NCBI GenBank assembly: GCA_013239625.1
Contig: MU053810.1
Location: 4,868,071-4,932,070, forward strand
DNA length: 64,000 nucleotides
Source of the DNA: Lama guanicoe
Lineage: Eukaryota
Reading direction: 5' to 3'
A program made the position numbers and the translations under genes. The notes beneath the pieces are model-generated. The model saw only the letters and a program-made list of their open reading frames with translations, did not search any database and had not been told where the DNA came from. Below are positions 53,561 to 64,000 of the stretch, piece after piece. How positions within the stretch are numbered: position 1 is the stretch's first letter; each line of letters begins with the position of its first letter.

Positions 53561-54877
53561 AAAATGAACAAACAAACAAAAACTTCAAGAACAGGGACCA
53601 TAGCTAGCAGAATTCACTTTTTATTAACTGGATCTATGAATCACATATTTTGAGTGTAGACTAACCAAGAGCAATCAGGGGAAAAATGGGCCCATCCAGT
53701 TAAGTGTCTTCGATCAAGGTCTTAAGTTATGGAGCAGCTAGGAAAAGACAGCTCAAAAACCACTGAATTACAGGTCATCTCTGGAACAAACACTTTCTAT
53801 AGAGAAGTGATTTCCAGAACAGTCTAGGACTGGAAAATAGGAAGGAAGAAGAGAGAGGTAATTTTCTTCCTCAACAGCTGAGGTCAGACACTAACTTGTT
53901 CAACTTTGCAGCTTTAGAAACAGTGATTTTTAAATTGTGCCCGGTGAAGGTGGTGGTACCACCCTGTATTCAATACATTTATCCAACACATGTTTGTGCT
54001 CCAACAACATACCATGTACTTACTGGGCACTGAAAGTTCAACAATGAAAGGCAGTTTCCACCCTTAGTGACCTTTGTTCTTAAAGTAACATATGAAAACA
54101 TTAAAAAAAAAAAAGGATAGTCTGGGTATGCAGGAAAATTTTACTTCAAACACTCTAAAGAACAATTCTTGATAAAGCGTATCATCACCCTTCTTATTTT
54201 TCTATTTTCCTGTATCAGATCTATGTTACTGCTGTCACCTCCCTGGAACAGGTACAGTAGGAAGCAGAAAGTCTTTCCTTGTTTACCACAATCACTCAGA
54301 TTAACTGTCTCCAAAACATGAGTCGGGATTGAAACTGGGGAAGGAGCCTCTCTCCGTCTTTCATAAATTGTAAAACATCAGCCTAAACCTAAGCCACCTT
54401 ATACAAAATATCCTTTCAAACATTTGAAAGCTACTGAATGTACTAAAAGCTATCACTTTCTCTCCCTAAGCGTAAGTTTCAAGTTCCTTCCATCTTTCCA
54501 AAAAATACATAAATATCACCACACACACACCCTATCACTGTCCTTTACATCTGGGGCTCCCTAGTGTTTCGTTTTGTCCTGTTTACTCAGAATTCCCTGG
54601 AGCCCTCCTTTCCCATGGTTCCCACCTGTCAAATGGAGAGGAACAAATCAAAAATACCAAGCTAACCTGTTACTAGCAACACACAGAATCACTTATTATT
54701 ATCTGTGTGTAAGTGCATACATGTGGGTGTACGTTTTTACATTAGGAAGCACTGCCCGTAATAGCAAAGTACAAATACCTTAGTGATTTTATCATAACTA
54801 TTGACAGAATAGTTATTTTAACAGGACAAAGACATGGGCAGCAAACCATCCAATGAAGTACTCATGTACTAGCAAAC

Positions 54878-55040
54878 TGAGAATTTTCTGTAAAGGGCCA
54901 GATGGTAAATATTTTAACCTTTGCAGGACTCACATGGGCTCTGTCGCATATTCTTCTTTTTTTAAACAACCCTTTAAAAATAGAGAACTATTCTTAGTTT
55001 GGAAGCTGTGCAGAAATGAGGCACAGGCCAACCCCTGGAA
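54878..55040 (+). mobile_element. MER58-like hAT MITE
   Basis: ttttctgtaaagggccagatggtaaatattttaacctttgcagg. Confidence 0.65.
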
Positions 55041-55069
55041 TAAACTCCAGAAACAGAGCCACACATATA

Positions 55070-57630
55070 CAGGCACTGTATGATCAAGGTGGTATTAGAG
55101 AGCCGTAGAAGAAGTACAGTCTTTTCACTAAATCGTGCTGGGCCAAATGCATATCCGTATGGGGAAAAAATTAACCTTGATCCCATACTACATGTAAAAA
55201 TAATCAATTACAAGTGAATTGCAAGTTTAATTGTTAAGTAACAAAACAATAAAGCACCTTGGAAGATAACACAGGAAAAATATCTTCATGACCACCAAGT
55301 AGAAAAAAAAATGTCTTCAATAGCACTCAAAGTATTAGCCATAAAAGGAAAGACTGATAATTTGGACTACATTAAAATTAAGAGCTTTCCTTTATCAGAA
55401 TTACTAATAAGAAAATGAAAGGCAAGCCATAGCTGAGTATCTAGTATATCTCTATCTATATATATTATATATACATAAAACTAACCAAATCTTCATCAAG
55501 AATATTTAGACTCCTACAAATTAATTATTTAAAAGAGATTGATAGCTAATAACCAAATAAAAGGTAATCAATTTCATCAATTTCAAGAAATTTTATTTTT
55601 TTAATGGAGGTACTGGGGATAGAACCCAGGACCTCTTCCACACTGAACATGCACTCTATCACTGAGCTACTTCCCTCTCCATCAAGAAATGTTAAATTAA
55701 TCCAAATTCCACACCACTATACACCCACTAGTATGAATAAAATTAAAAAGACTGACAAATGCCAAGTGTTAGTGAAGATATGGAGCAACCGGAATTCCCA
55801 TACCTTGTTGGTGGGTGTGAAAAACTGTACACTCATTTTGGAAAACTTTTTAGCAGATCTACTAAATGTGACTGTATGCTTACCTATGACTCAGTAATGC
55901 CATTCCTAGATGTATATACCGACTAGAAATGTGCATATATGTGCACATCAGTGCATGTAATAACAAGGCTTATAGTTGCAGTAATTGAAATAGCTAAGCA
56001 TTGGGAAAAACCTAATGTCCATCAACATTAAATTGAATAACTAAACTGTATAGGTTCTTTTCTGATTTAAACCAACTTTATTATATTATAGCTTACCTAA
56101 GACAAGATGTATCTATTAAGTACAGTTTGTAAGTTTTGACAAATGTATATACACCCATGCAACCATCACCACAATCACGATACAGAACATTTTTCTATCA
56201 TGCCAAAAGCTTCCCTTGTGCCCCTGCCCAGTCAACTCAGGCAACCACAGATTTTGTTTAGATTTGTCTTTCCTAGAGTTTCATATAAATGGAATTAGAT
56301 ACACACTCTTTTGTACTTGGCTTCTTCACTAATCAAAATGAGTTTGACAGGAAAGGTATGAGCAACAAAAGTAGATTAGAGTTCATCAAATTTATTCTGA
56401 TTTTTGAAAACTCTGAAAATTTTGATCTTTGAAATTAAGACTTCATCAAAATTTAAAATTCTGTGCATCAAAGGACATTACCAAGAAAATAAAAAGACAA
56501 CCTACAGAATGAGAGAAGATACATGCAAATCATGTATCTGATAAGGGCCTAGTATCTAGAATTTATAAAGAACACATATAACTCAAAAACACAAGGACAG
56601 CCAGCCCAATTAAAAAATGGGCAGTGGACTTTGAATAGACATTTCTCCGAAGACATAAAAATGGCCAAAAAACCCATGAAAAGATGCTCAACATCATTAG
56701 TTATTAAGGAAATACAAAGCAAACCAAAATGAGATCCCACTTCATACACAATAGGTTGACTATAATACAAAAATGGAAGACATGTTAGTGAGTGAGGATG
56801 TGGAGAAACTAGGGTCCTCATATATCACGGAGGGGAATGTGAAAATGGTACAGTTGCTATGGGAAACAGTTTAGCAGTTCCTCAAACTCTTAAACATAGC
56901 ATTTTACCATATGACCCAGCAATTCCACTTCTAGGTATATACTTCAAAAAATTAAAAGTAGGGATACAAACAAATACTTTACATGCATGTTTAATAGCAG
57001 CGCTAACCACAATAGTCAAAGCCCAAATGTCCATCAATGGATGAATGGATAAACAAACTGTGGTCTATGCATACAATGTAGTATCATTCAGCCATAAAAT
57101 GGAGTGAAATACTGATACATGCGACACACAGACAAACCTCAGAAACACTACACTAAGTGGAAGAAGCCATATGACAAGATTACATATTGTATGATTCCAC
57201 TTATATGAAATATCTGGAATAGGTTAAGTAAGTTCATGGGGACAGAGAACAGACTGGCGGCTGCCAGGGACGTAGGGGAGGAGAGAACCGTGAGTGACCG
57301 CCTACTGGACATGGGTTTCCGTTAGGGATGATGAAATATTTTGGAACTAGACAGAGATGCAAATTGCATATGCATCCTTTAATTCTGTACTAAATGTCAT
57401 TGCATTGTTCACTTTAAAATGCTGAATTTTATGTCAGGTGAATTCCACCTCAATGAAATAAATGTTTTTGAGATTGACCAGCGATGCCATGTGTAGTCCA
57501 GTATATGAACATACCACAATTTTGTCATCAATTCATATGCTGATGAATATTTAGGTCAAATCCAGTGTTTACTTAATATGAATAAGCAGCTATAAACAGC
57601 TCTGTACAAATATTTTTGCAAGCATGTTTC
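55070..57630. mobile_element. Nested old L1 fragments (plus L1 55070-56050, minus L1 3' pieces, plus L1 56340-57450) and a minus SINE at ~55592-55680
   Basis: ORF2-end motifs (atgacccagcaattccacttctaggtatata; aaatgtccatcaatggatgaatggataaac); SINE gggatagaacccaggacc. Confidence 0.75.
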
Positions 57631-57858
57631 ATAAACTGTAAGTGTTATCATTTCACAAAAATCAGTAAAAAAAAAAAGAAAAGAAAGTATTATCAGTCAT
57701 AATATAACTGAATCAAAGATGAAAACCAGTTGCAGACATTAAAGCAACAATGCTTTATCCTTAAGCTCAGCAGATGTAAGCCAATAGTCCATGTTCAGTT
57801 ATGAAGAAGAAACTAAAGAACAAGCATGATATGCTTATACTATGTTAGCAAACTTACA

Positions 57859-58015
57859 GGCGGAAGGGTATAGCTCAGTGGTAGAGTGCATACCTAGCAT
57901 GCACAAGGTCCTGGGTTCAATCCCCAGCACTGCCATCTAAATAAATAAATGAATGAATAAACAAACAAACAAACAAACAGGCCTAATTACCTCCTCCTTG
58001 TCCCTAGAAAAAAAT
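57859..58015 (+). mobile_element. tRNA-derived SINE (vic-1-like)
   Basis: gggtatagctcagtggtagagtgc...gggttcaatccccagcac + (AAAT/AAAC)n + cctaattacctcc. Confidence 0.88.
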
Positions 58016-58159
58016 TTTAAAAAACTATATATGAAAGTTGAATAAGCAATCTTTTAATACTGCTTGAATTTCAAAGGACCAGAACCCCCTTTCTTACACA
58101 TTTTCAAGAATGACTTACGTGGGAGTAAAGATCTTTCTGAGAAGCCGGGGTGGGAATTG

Positions 58160-58360
58160 AGAGGAAACTCTAGAATCAAACCGCCTGAGTTTGTAGCCCA
58201 GCTCGGCCACTTCCTAGTGACTTAGACACTTGCTGCACCAGTTTCCTCATCTTAAAAATGGAGGTGACGATAATGTCCACCCCTAAAAGTTGCTGTGATG
58301 ATCGAATGAGTTAACCCACGCAGAATGTTACAACAGAGCCTGGCACGTTGTAAACTAGCA
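58160..58360 (+). mobile_element. MIR SINE
   Basis: cagtttcctcatcttaaaaatggagg...cctggcacgttgtaa. Confidence 0.65.
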
Positions 58361-59251
58361 ACTGCCGCAGCCACCACCCTGCCACCAGCACCACGGTCAT
58401 TTCATCATCATCATCAGTTCTACTTTCTAAAATATCTTCAAGACCAGTTAAGACATCTGTGATCTGTCAACTGAACGGCACTAAAAGTTAAGAAAAATAT
58501 GCAGCTCATTAGTATATCTACCTAACTCCCAGAGAAACTCAAAACTCAAATAACTTAACTGTCAAAAGAGAGTTAAAAATGGATCTTAAGGGGCTCAGTT
58601 AATGCTCCTTTTCAAAGATGTCATGAGCTCCATGGTGCCCACCCAGTCAGGTTAGGACCACTATGCTTCAAAAGTAACATGAGCACAATTCTGACATCCA
58701 TAGGTCTACCCAAAATAAGCATTTTTTCTTACAACTAATGTTCAGGTCCATATTTTAGTGTTACGTTATTCTGAGGAAATAGGTTTTCAACCTATTGATG
58801 GAATTCAATGGCGTAAAATACACTCAATTCTCTCAGCTTTACAGGATTTAGCTCTTCATTAAACTGAAGAACATTTGATCTCTAGTCACAGTGAGTGCTG
58901 TTCATCAAGTGATGAACTAGGTCAATCAGATTTCCCTCTGCAGGGATTTGGAATGACAACGATGAGAGAGGAACGAAGGAAGAAGATAGCGAGGGCTGTA
59001 CGTCTACAGAGTCAGCACACGAGACAGTCACGTATAATCACAATGAACTGTGAAACTCATTTAAATCATCCTGTAAATAACAGCATTTGGGCCTTTAGAA
59101 GATCAGATGCCAAGATTTTGTTGTTGTTACTCTTTGCATTGGGTGGCTTTCTCGGGTCCTAATCTGGTGTCTGTGGCACCCTGGATATCTTACAGTGCTT
59201 GACTTTGAATTTGGATATGTCCTTTTGGTTTTTTTTTTTAGAATTAACACA

Positions 59252-59970
59252 GCATGTAGTTTGGTAGCCATTATGGGAAACAGTACGGAGATTCCTCAAA
59301 AAACTAAAAATAGACTTATGATCCCAACAACCCCACTCTTGGGCATATATCCAGAAGCAACCTTAATTCAAAAAGATACATGCACCCCAATGTTCATAAC
59401 AGCACTGTATACAACAGCCAAGACATGGAAATAACCTAAAATGGCCATCGACAAATTTTTGGATAAAGAAGTTGTGGTATATTTATAAAATGGAATACTA
59501 CCCAGCCATAAAAAATGATAAAGTAATGCCATCTGCAGCAACGTGGATGGACCTGGAGATCACTGTTCTAAGTGAAGTAAGCCAGAAAGAGAAAGAAAAA
59601 TATTGTATGATATCACTTACATGTGGAATCTAAAAAAAACAAAAACAAAAAAAGAGGATACTAATGAACTCATCTATGAAACAGAAACAGACTTGCAGAC
59701 AATTTTATGGTTATTGGGGAGGATGGGGTGGCAAGAGATAGATTTGGGAGTCTGAGACTTGCAAAGGTTAACCACTTTATATAAAAATAGATTAAAAAAC
59801 AGATTTCTTCTGTATAGCACAGGGAATTATATTCAATATCTTACAACAACCTTTAATGAAAAAGAATATGAAAACAAATATATGTATGTATATGCATGAC
59901 TAAGACATTAATGCTGTACACCAGAAGTTGACATACTATAACTGACTATACTTCAATTTAAAAAAAAAAA
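59252..59970 (+). mobile_element. 5'-truncated L1 with 12-bp TSD
   Basis: ORF2-end peptide PLLGIYPEATLIQKDTCTPMFITALYTTAKTWK; poly(A); TSD agaattaacaca at 59240-59251 and 59971-59982. Confidence 0.92.
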
Positions 59971-61419
59971 AGAATTAACACATCTTTCCTGAGGTGGCTT
60001 GAGGAAGGTTTATAATTATTATCCTGCATTAGAAGATTTGAACATAGACTAAAGAGCTGTTTAGTTAGAAGTGACTGCAACCACAAAATACAAACTTTCA
60101 CTACTGAAAAAGTTTATCGAATTCTTAGACACTTCTTTCCTACTATTAATGTGTTTGAATATACATGTTAATGCCAAAGTAGAAACCTACCAGTTATTGA
60201 AGCACATTTTACAACATTGAAAATGTCCCTACAACTACACCGAGGTAGAATTTTTACTCACAGAGTAAGTAAAAAAGAAATAATGGTAATTACAAACCTT
60301 CAATTATTTTTATTTTGAATTTATGATTTCAGGGAAAACAGGACATCCACAGACAGCAGTTATCCACCAGCATTATTATCACCATAAAACATTTTACTGC
60401 GTTCTTGTAAACACTATTTGCACTATAATGCAGAAAACTAACCAACAAGAAAGAAAAATAACTTTTAAAACACAAGTGAGTACACATATACAAGATATAT
60501 ATGAGAAATAATATAACAGAGTGGAAAAGTTGGATAAAGGAGCATAATCAGAAAATTAAGTGGCAAAAAGAGACTCCACTAATTTGCCAAAAAGAAAGAA
60601 CACAAAAACAAAACCTTTCAACTGTTTCACAGAATTTTGGCAACAGAGCAGGATCTCCTAGGAGCTCGAATAAAATTCTGGCAATTATTTTCTCTCCAGT
60701 GATTCTAGACTCTGACTCAGATCATTATACCGGAGGCTGGGATTCTATTTCATTAAAACCAAATTCACATACAAGGATTTCATAATCTCAATACACTTGA
60801 AAGTAAGTCTGAAAAGGAAATGAGACTATAAAATAAATATTGAAACATTCCGTTGAATCAAAATGATAGATTACATGTAGTCTTTCTCTAAATAGGTGGT
60901 ATTCTAAATAACTGTTCACGAATCAGAAGAACTTTTCTCACGCAGAGTATGTTCTGATGGATGATCTGATCAGCTCGGTTGAAATGGTGTTATGAGGACT
61001 GAACTTAAGATAAGGAGGTCTCTGAAGAGCAGCCTGTGACCCCCACTGCCAACTGGGATGATGAAAGCAAGCCGGGCCCTGGGAGGCAAAAGGAGACAGA
61101 CCCCTGGGAACTCTTTAAACTCATTCAGCTTCCCAGGTCCACTGCCAGCCAGGTATTCAGTGATGGGTGCTCCTCAGAGATGCTCGAGGCCTCTAAACAT
61201 GGAGCTTCCCTGACCTTCTTGTGAATTCTCTGTCCTAAAGTATTCACAAATATGCAACAAGTTTCCTTGTTTTTAACTTTCTCAATGCAGAGACATTTCA
61301 CAGAGTTAATTTCCTAACATAGGAAATATACCCAGTGTTAATTTACTAATTCTAGACCCCACATAAGTCAAACTTTTTTTCTTTCTTTTTTTTTTTTTAA
61401 ACTCAACAGAAGTAAGATG

Positions 61420-61620
61420 GCAGAGTTTAAAGAAGGTGAACTTCAGAGTCCCACATGCCTGACTTGGAAGTCCAGCTCTGTCACGTGGCTGTGCGATCTT
61501 GGGCAGGTTACTTTACATCTTTCTCAGCCTCAGTTTCCTCACCTACAAAGTGGGGATATTGTCTCATACCTCACAGCATGATAATGAGGATTAAACAGGA
61601 TAGTAACATGTAAGTCCTCA
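61420..61620 (+). mobile_element. MIR SINE
   Basis: gctgtgcgatcttgggcaggttacttt...cctcagtttcctcacctacaaagtggg. Confidence 0.7.
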
Positions 61621-62301
61621 ATCATATATTAATTTCTACCACCCTCCAAAAAAAAAAAGCAGTTCTCCTTTTAAGTATCTTACAAGCAAATCATAAAATA
61701 ATTTCTTTAGGTATTCTCACATCTTTTCATATTCTTCTTAGCAAGAAAACACACAGTTCTGGACTTTATCTTAGATGGGCTTGCTTTGTAGGAAGTTAAG
61801 GTGCTTGACCTTCATTATTTCTCTTATTTTAAAACCTTAGTTATGTTGTGTTTATTTCAATTCTTCTATTAGTCTTTTAAATTAAATCGTGTGTTAACCT
61901 AGCTTATTATAATTATTTTCTCCCTCAATCTGTTCGATTCCTGATGTTAAGTTTATTACATTTCAATTATTTACATTCTTTGATTTTTTCTTTTAGCTAT
62001 TTTATCTTGTAGTTTTTAATATATTGATTATTTATTTTCTTGAACTATAATGTTTTTCTTATGATTATTCCTTCACTGACAACATGCAATGCCAGTAGAA
62101 TGATAATTTAACCTCAAACTATAGCAGTAGCTCAATTCAGATCAAAACTCAGTTGTGAGGGATAATGATCATTAAACATCACTGGATATGCAGTCTTGAA
62201 TACTTATTCTTCTAAATGATCTGATTATTGTCACCAGATCAAGCCACACTTTTGGGGACCTGTATGGTTGGGCCATTGTTTTGGTGTCCACCCCGATAAT
62301 C

Positions 62302-62530
62302 CAAGGTTTCTCAACACTCGCACTATAACATCTTGGGCCAGGTAATTGTTTGGGGAGAGGGTGGGAGCGCTGCCCTGTGCAATGCAGGATTCTCACCCAC
62401 ATCTCTGGCCTCTACCTGCTTGCTGCCAGCAACACAACCCCAAACCCCCAATTGTGACAATCAAAAATGTCCACAATGTTGCCATGTGTTTCCTGGGGAG
62501 CAAAACTGTCCCCAGTTAAGAAGCCCTCTA
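62302..62530 (+). mobile_element. MER20-like hAT DNA transposon
   Basis: atctctggcctctacc...ttgtgacaatcaaaaatgtcc...cctggggagcaaaac. Confidence 0.75.
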
Positions 62531-63619
62531 CACTAAGTTGGACCATGGGGTTTTGAAATCAGCTTACATTGAGGGCTGTTTATAAACAGTCATATAAACG
62601 GTATTGAGGATACTGCCTACTGTAGTAGCCTTTGTCTTCCATTATGAGGAGCCATAGGAGAAATCTGTCTCAGACTTTGAGTGCAAACCAGATTTTGTTT
62701 TTTTATGCATAATGTGAATCCTTAACTAATTCTTCCTTCCTTCCTCTTTTTTTTTTCTTTTCTTTTCTTTTCCTTTCTTTTTTGCCACTGGAAAAGCTCA
62801 AAAGCAAATTTATAGCCCATTTTTGACAACAGTGTAAGATTCTACATATTACATGTATTTCATATGTTTTAAATCTCCTGAATGTCAGTTCATTTCCCCC
62901 TCACCATGAACTTTTTAATTTTATTTTTATCTTACTATAAATACATGTATTTTTGCATATGGACACAAACTCTCCTTTTAATGAGGTTAAATATAAATTA
63001 ATAAATAAAATAGTACTTAAACTGTAATTTTCCCCAGCAGATCACAGCCTTTAGTCCTATTCTATTGTGCCTCCCCCCATCTCCTGTTAGATGTAGATCA
63101 AGTCTTCCCTTACAAATATTTAAGTCTGTTCTCTCCAGTCAAAGCATATAACTAAATCCATTCATTTCCGTGAGCTAAGTCAGATATATAATCATCTGCA
63201 TAGTAAAGTTTTATAACTATGTCCTTCTATATTTATTAGAAGAATATTTCTCCCAATAAAAACTAGAACATGACAGGCACGAAATTCTAGGTGCTGTATG
63301 TCTGGTAGGTCACCCAGGCATCAGCACATCATTCCATAGGGTGACGGGGAAACAGAAGACCCATGTCCTCTTCTGCTATGCTGGTTTTGTCCGTTTTTCC
63401 TTTCCCCACCATGGCCAAGTAATATTTGGAATTCATCCTGAGCCCTGGTGTATGACAGATGGTGACACAGGAGTGGCCCATCTTGCACAATGGTGACAAC
63501 TAGGGAGGGTCTTACCTCGCCCTATACTCTCCAATTACTTTGACAGTGCTGAAAGAAACCATTTTCCTCTCATTTTAACACTTAACGTAACCATACCAAG
63601 ACCTCAGATCAGATAGGGT

Positions 63620-64000
63620 ATTACAAAGGTTCATCGACAGGTGAGTGGATAAACAATTTATGGTTTATTATTAAAGGGAAAACCACTAAGCAAAAAAAAA
63701 AAAAAAGGTAGTACTATTAGTACCTACACGTACAATACGGTGAATTGTAAAAAATATTATGCCAAGTCAAAGACACAAAAGAGTACATATTGTGTTATTC
63801 GTTTGTAAGAGATTCTAGAAGAGGCAAACGTCATCAATAGTGACAGAAAGCAGATCAGTGTTGGTCTGGGGCCAGCAGAGTGTTGACAGCAAAGTGATAC
63901 AAGGGGACTTCGTGGAATGATGAAAAGGTTCTTTCTGACATCACATCTTGATTGGAATGGTGGCTTCCCAAGTTACATACTTATCAAAACAAAACCTTAA
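63620..64000 (+). mobile_element. Old L1 3' UTR (runs off the window end)
   Basis: gagtggataaacaatttatgg...agacacaaaagagtacatattgtgttattc. Confidence 0.7.

Overview
AT-rich mammalian genomic DNA, probably camelid: it carries tRNA-derived SINEs resembling vic-1 and young L1 3' ends. The whole window lies inside one gene on the minus strand, ARHGAP21 (Rho GTPase-activating protein 21). I traced 21 consecutive GT-AG coding exons from 39741 down to 1727. They total 3911 nt, stay in frame across every junction, and correspond to human exons ~5-25 (numbering recalled, not looked up). They encode the C-terminal part of the PDZ domain, a 1894-nt low-complexity exon, the PH/ARF-binding region and the RhoGAP domain. 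The first exons and the last exon lie outside the window. 39742-64000 is a TE-rich intron (L1, L2, MIR, MER, SINE). The most interesting signal is a layer of candidate exons in TE-poor introns. (1) In intron 9, a frame-compatible chain of exons includes a diverged paralog of exon 10; it lies downstream of a candidate internal promoter and upstream of a hairpin carrying QKI motifs. (2) In intron 24, two stop-codon microexons would truncate the C-terminal tail, and each alone is predicted to escape NMD. (3) In intron 7, microexons could build a PDZ-less N-terminus. Also notable are a perfect 111-bp duplication around a tailless L1 fragment, a local GC/CpG island in exon 16 and a ~110-bp inverted repeat. 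All alternative exons are predictions from splice signals and frame only; TE family names are by recall.
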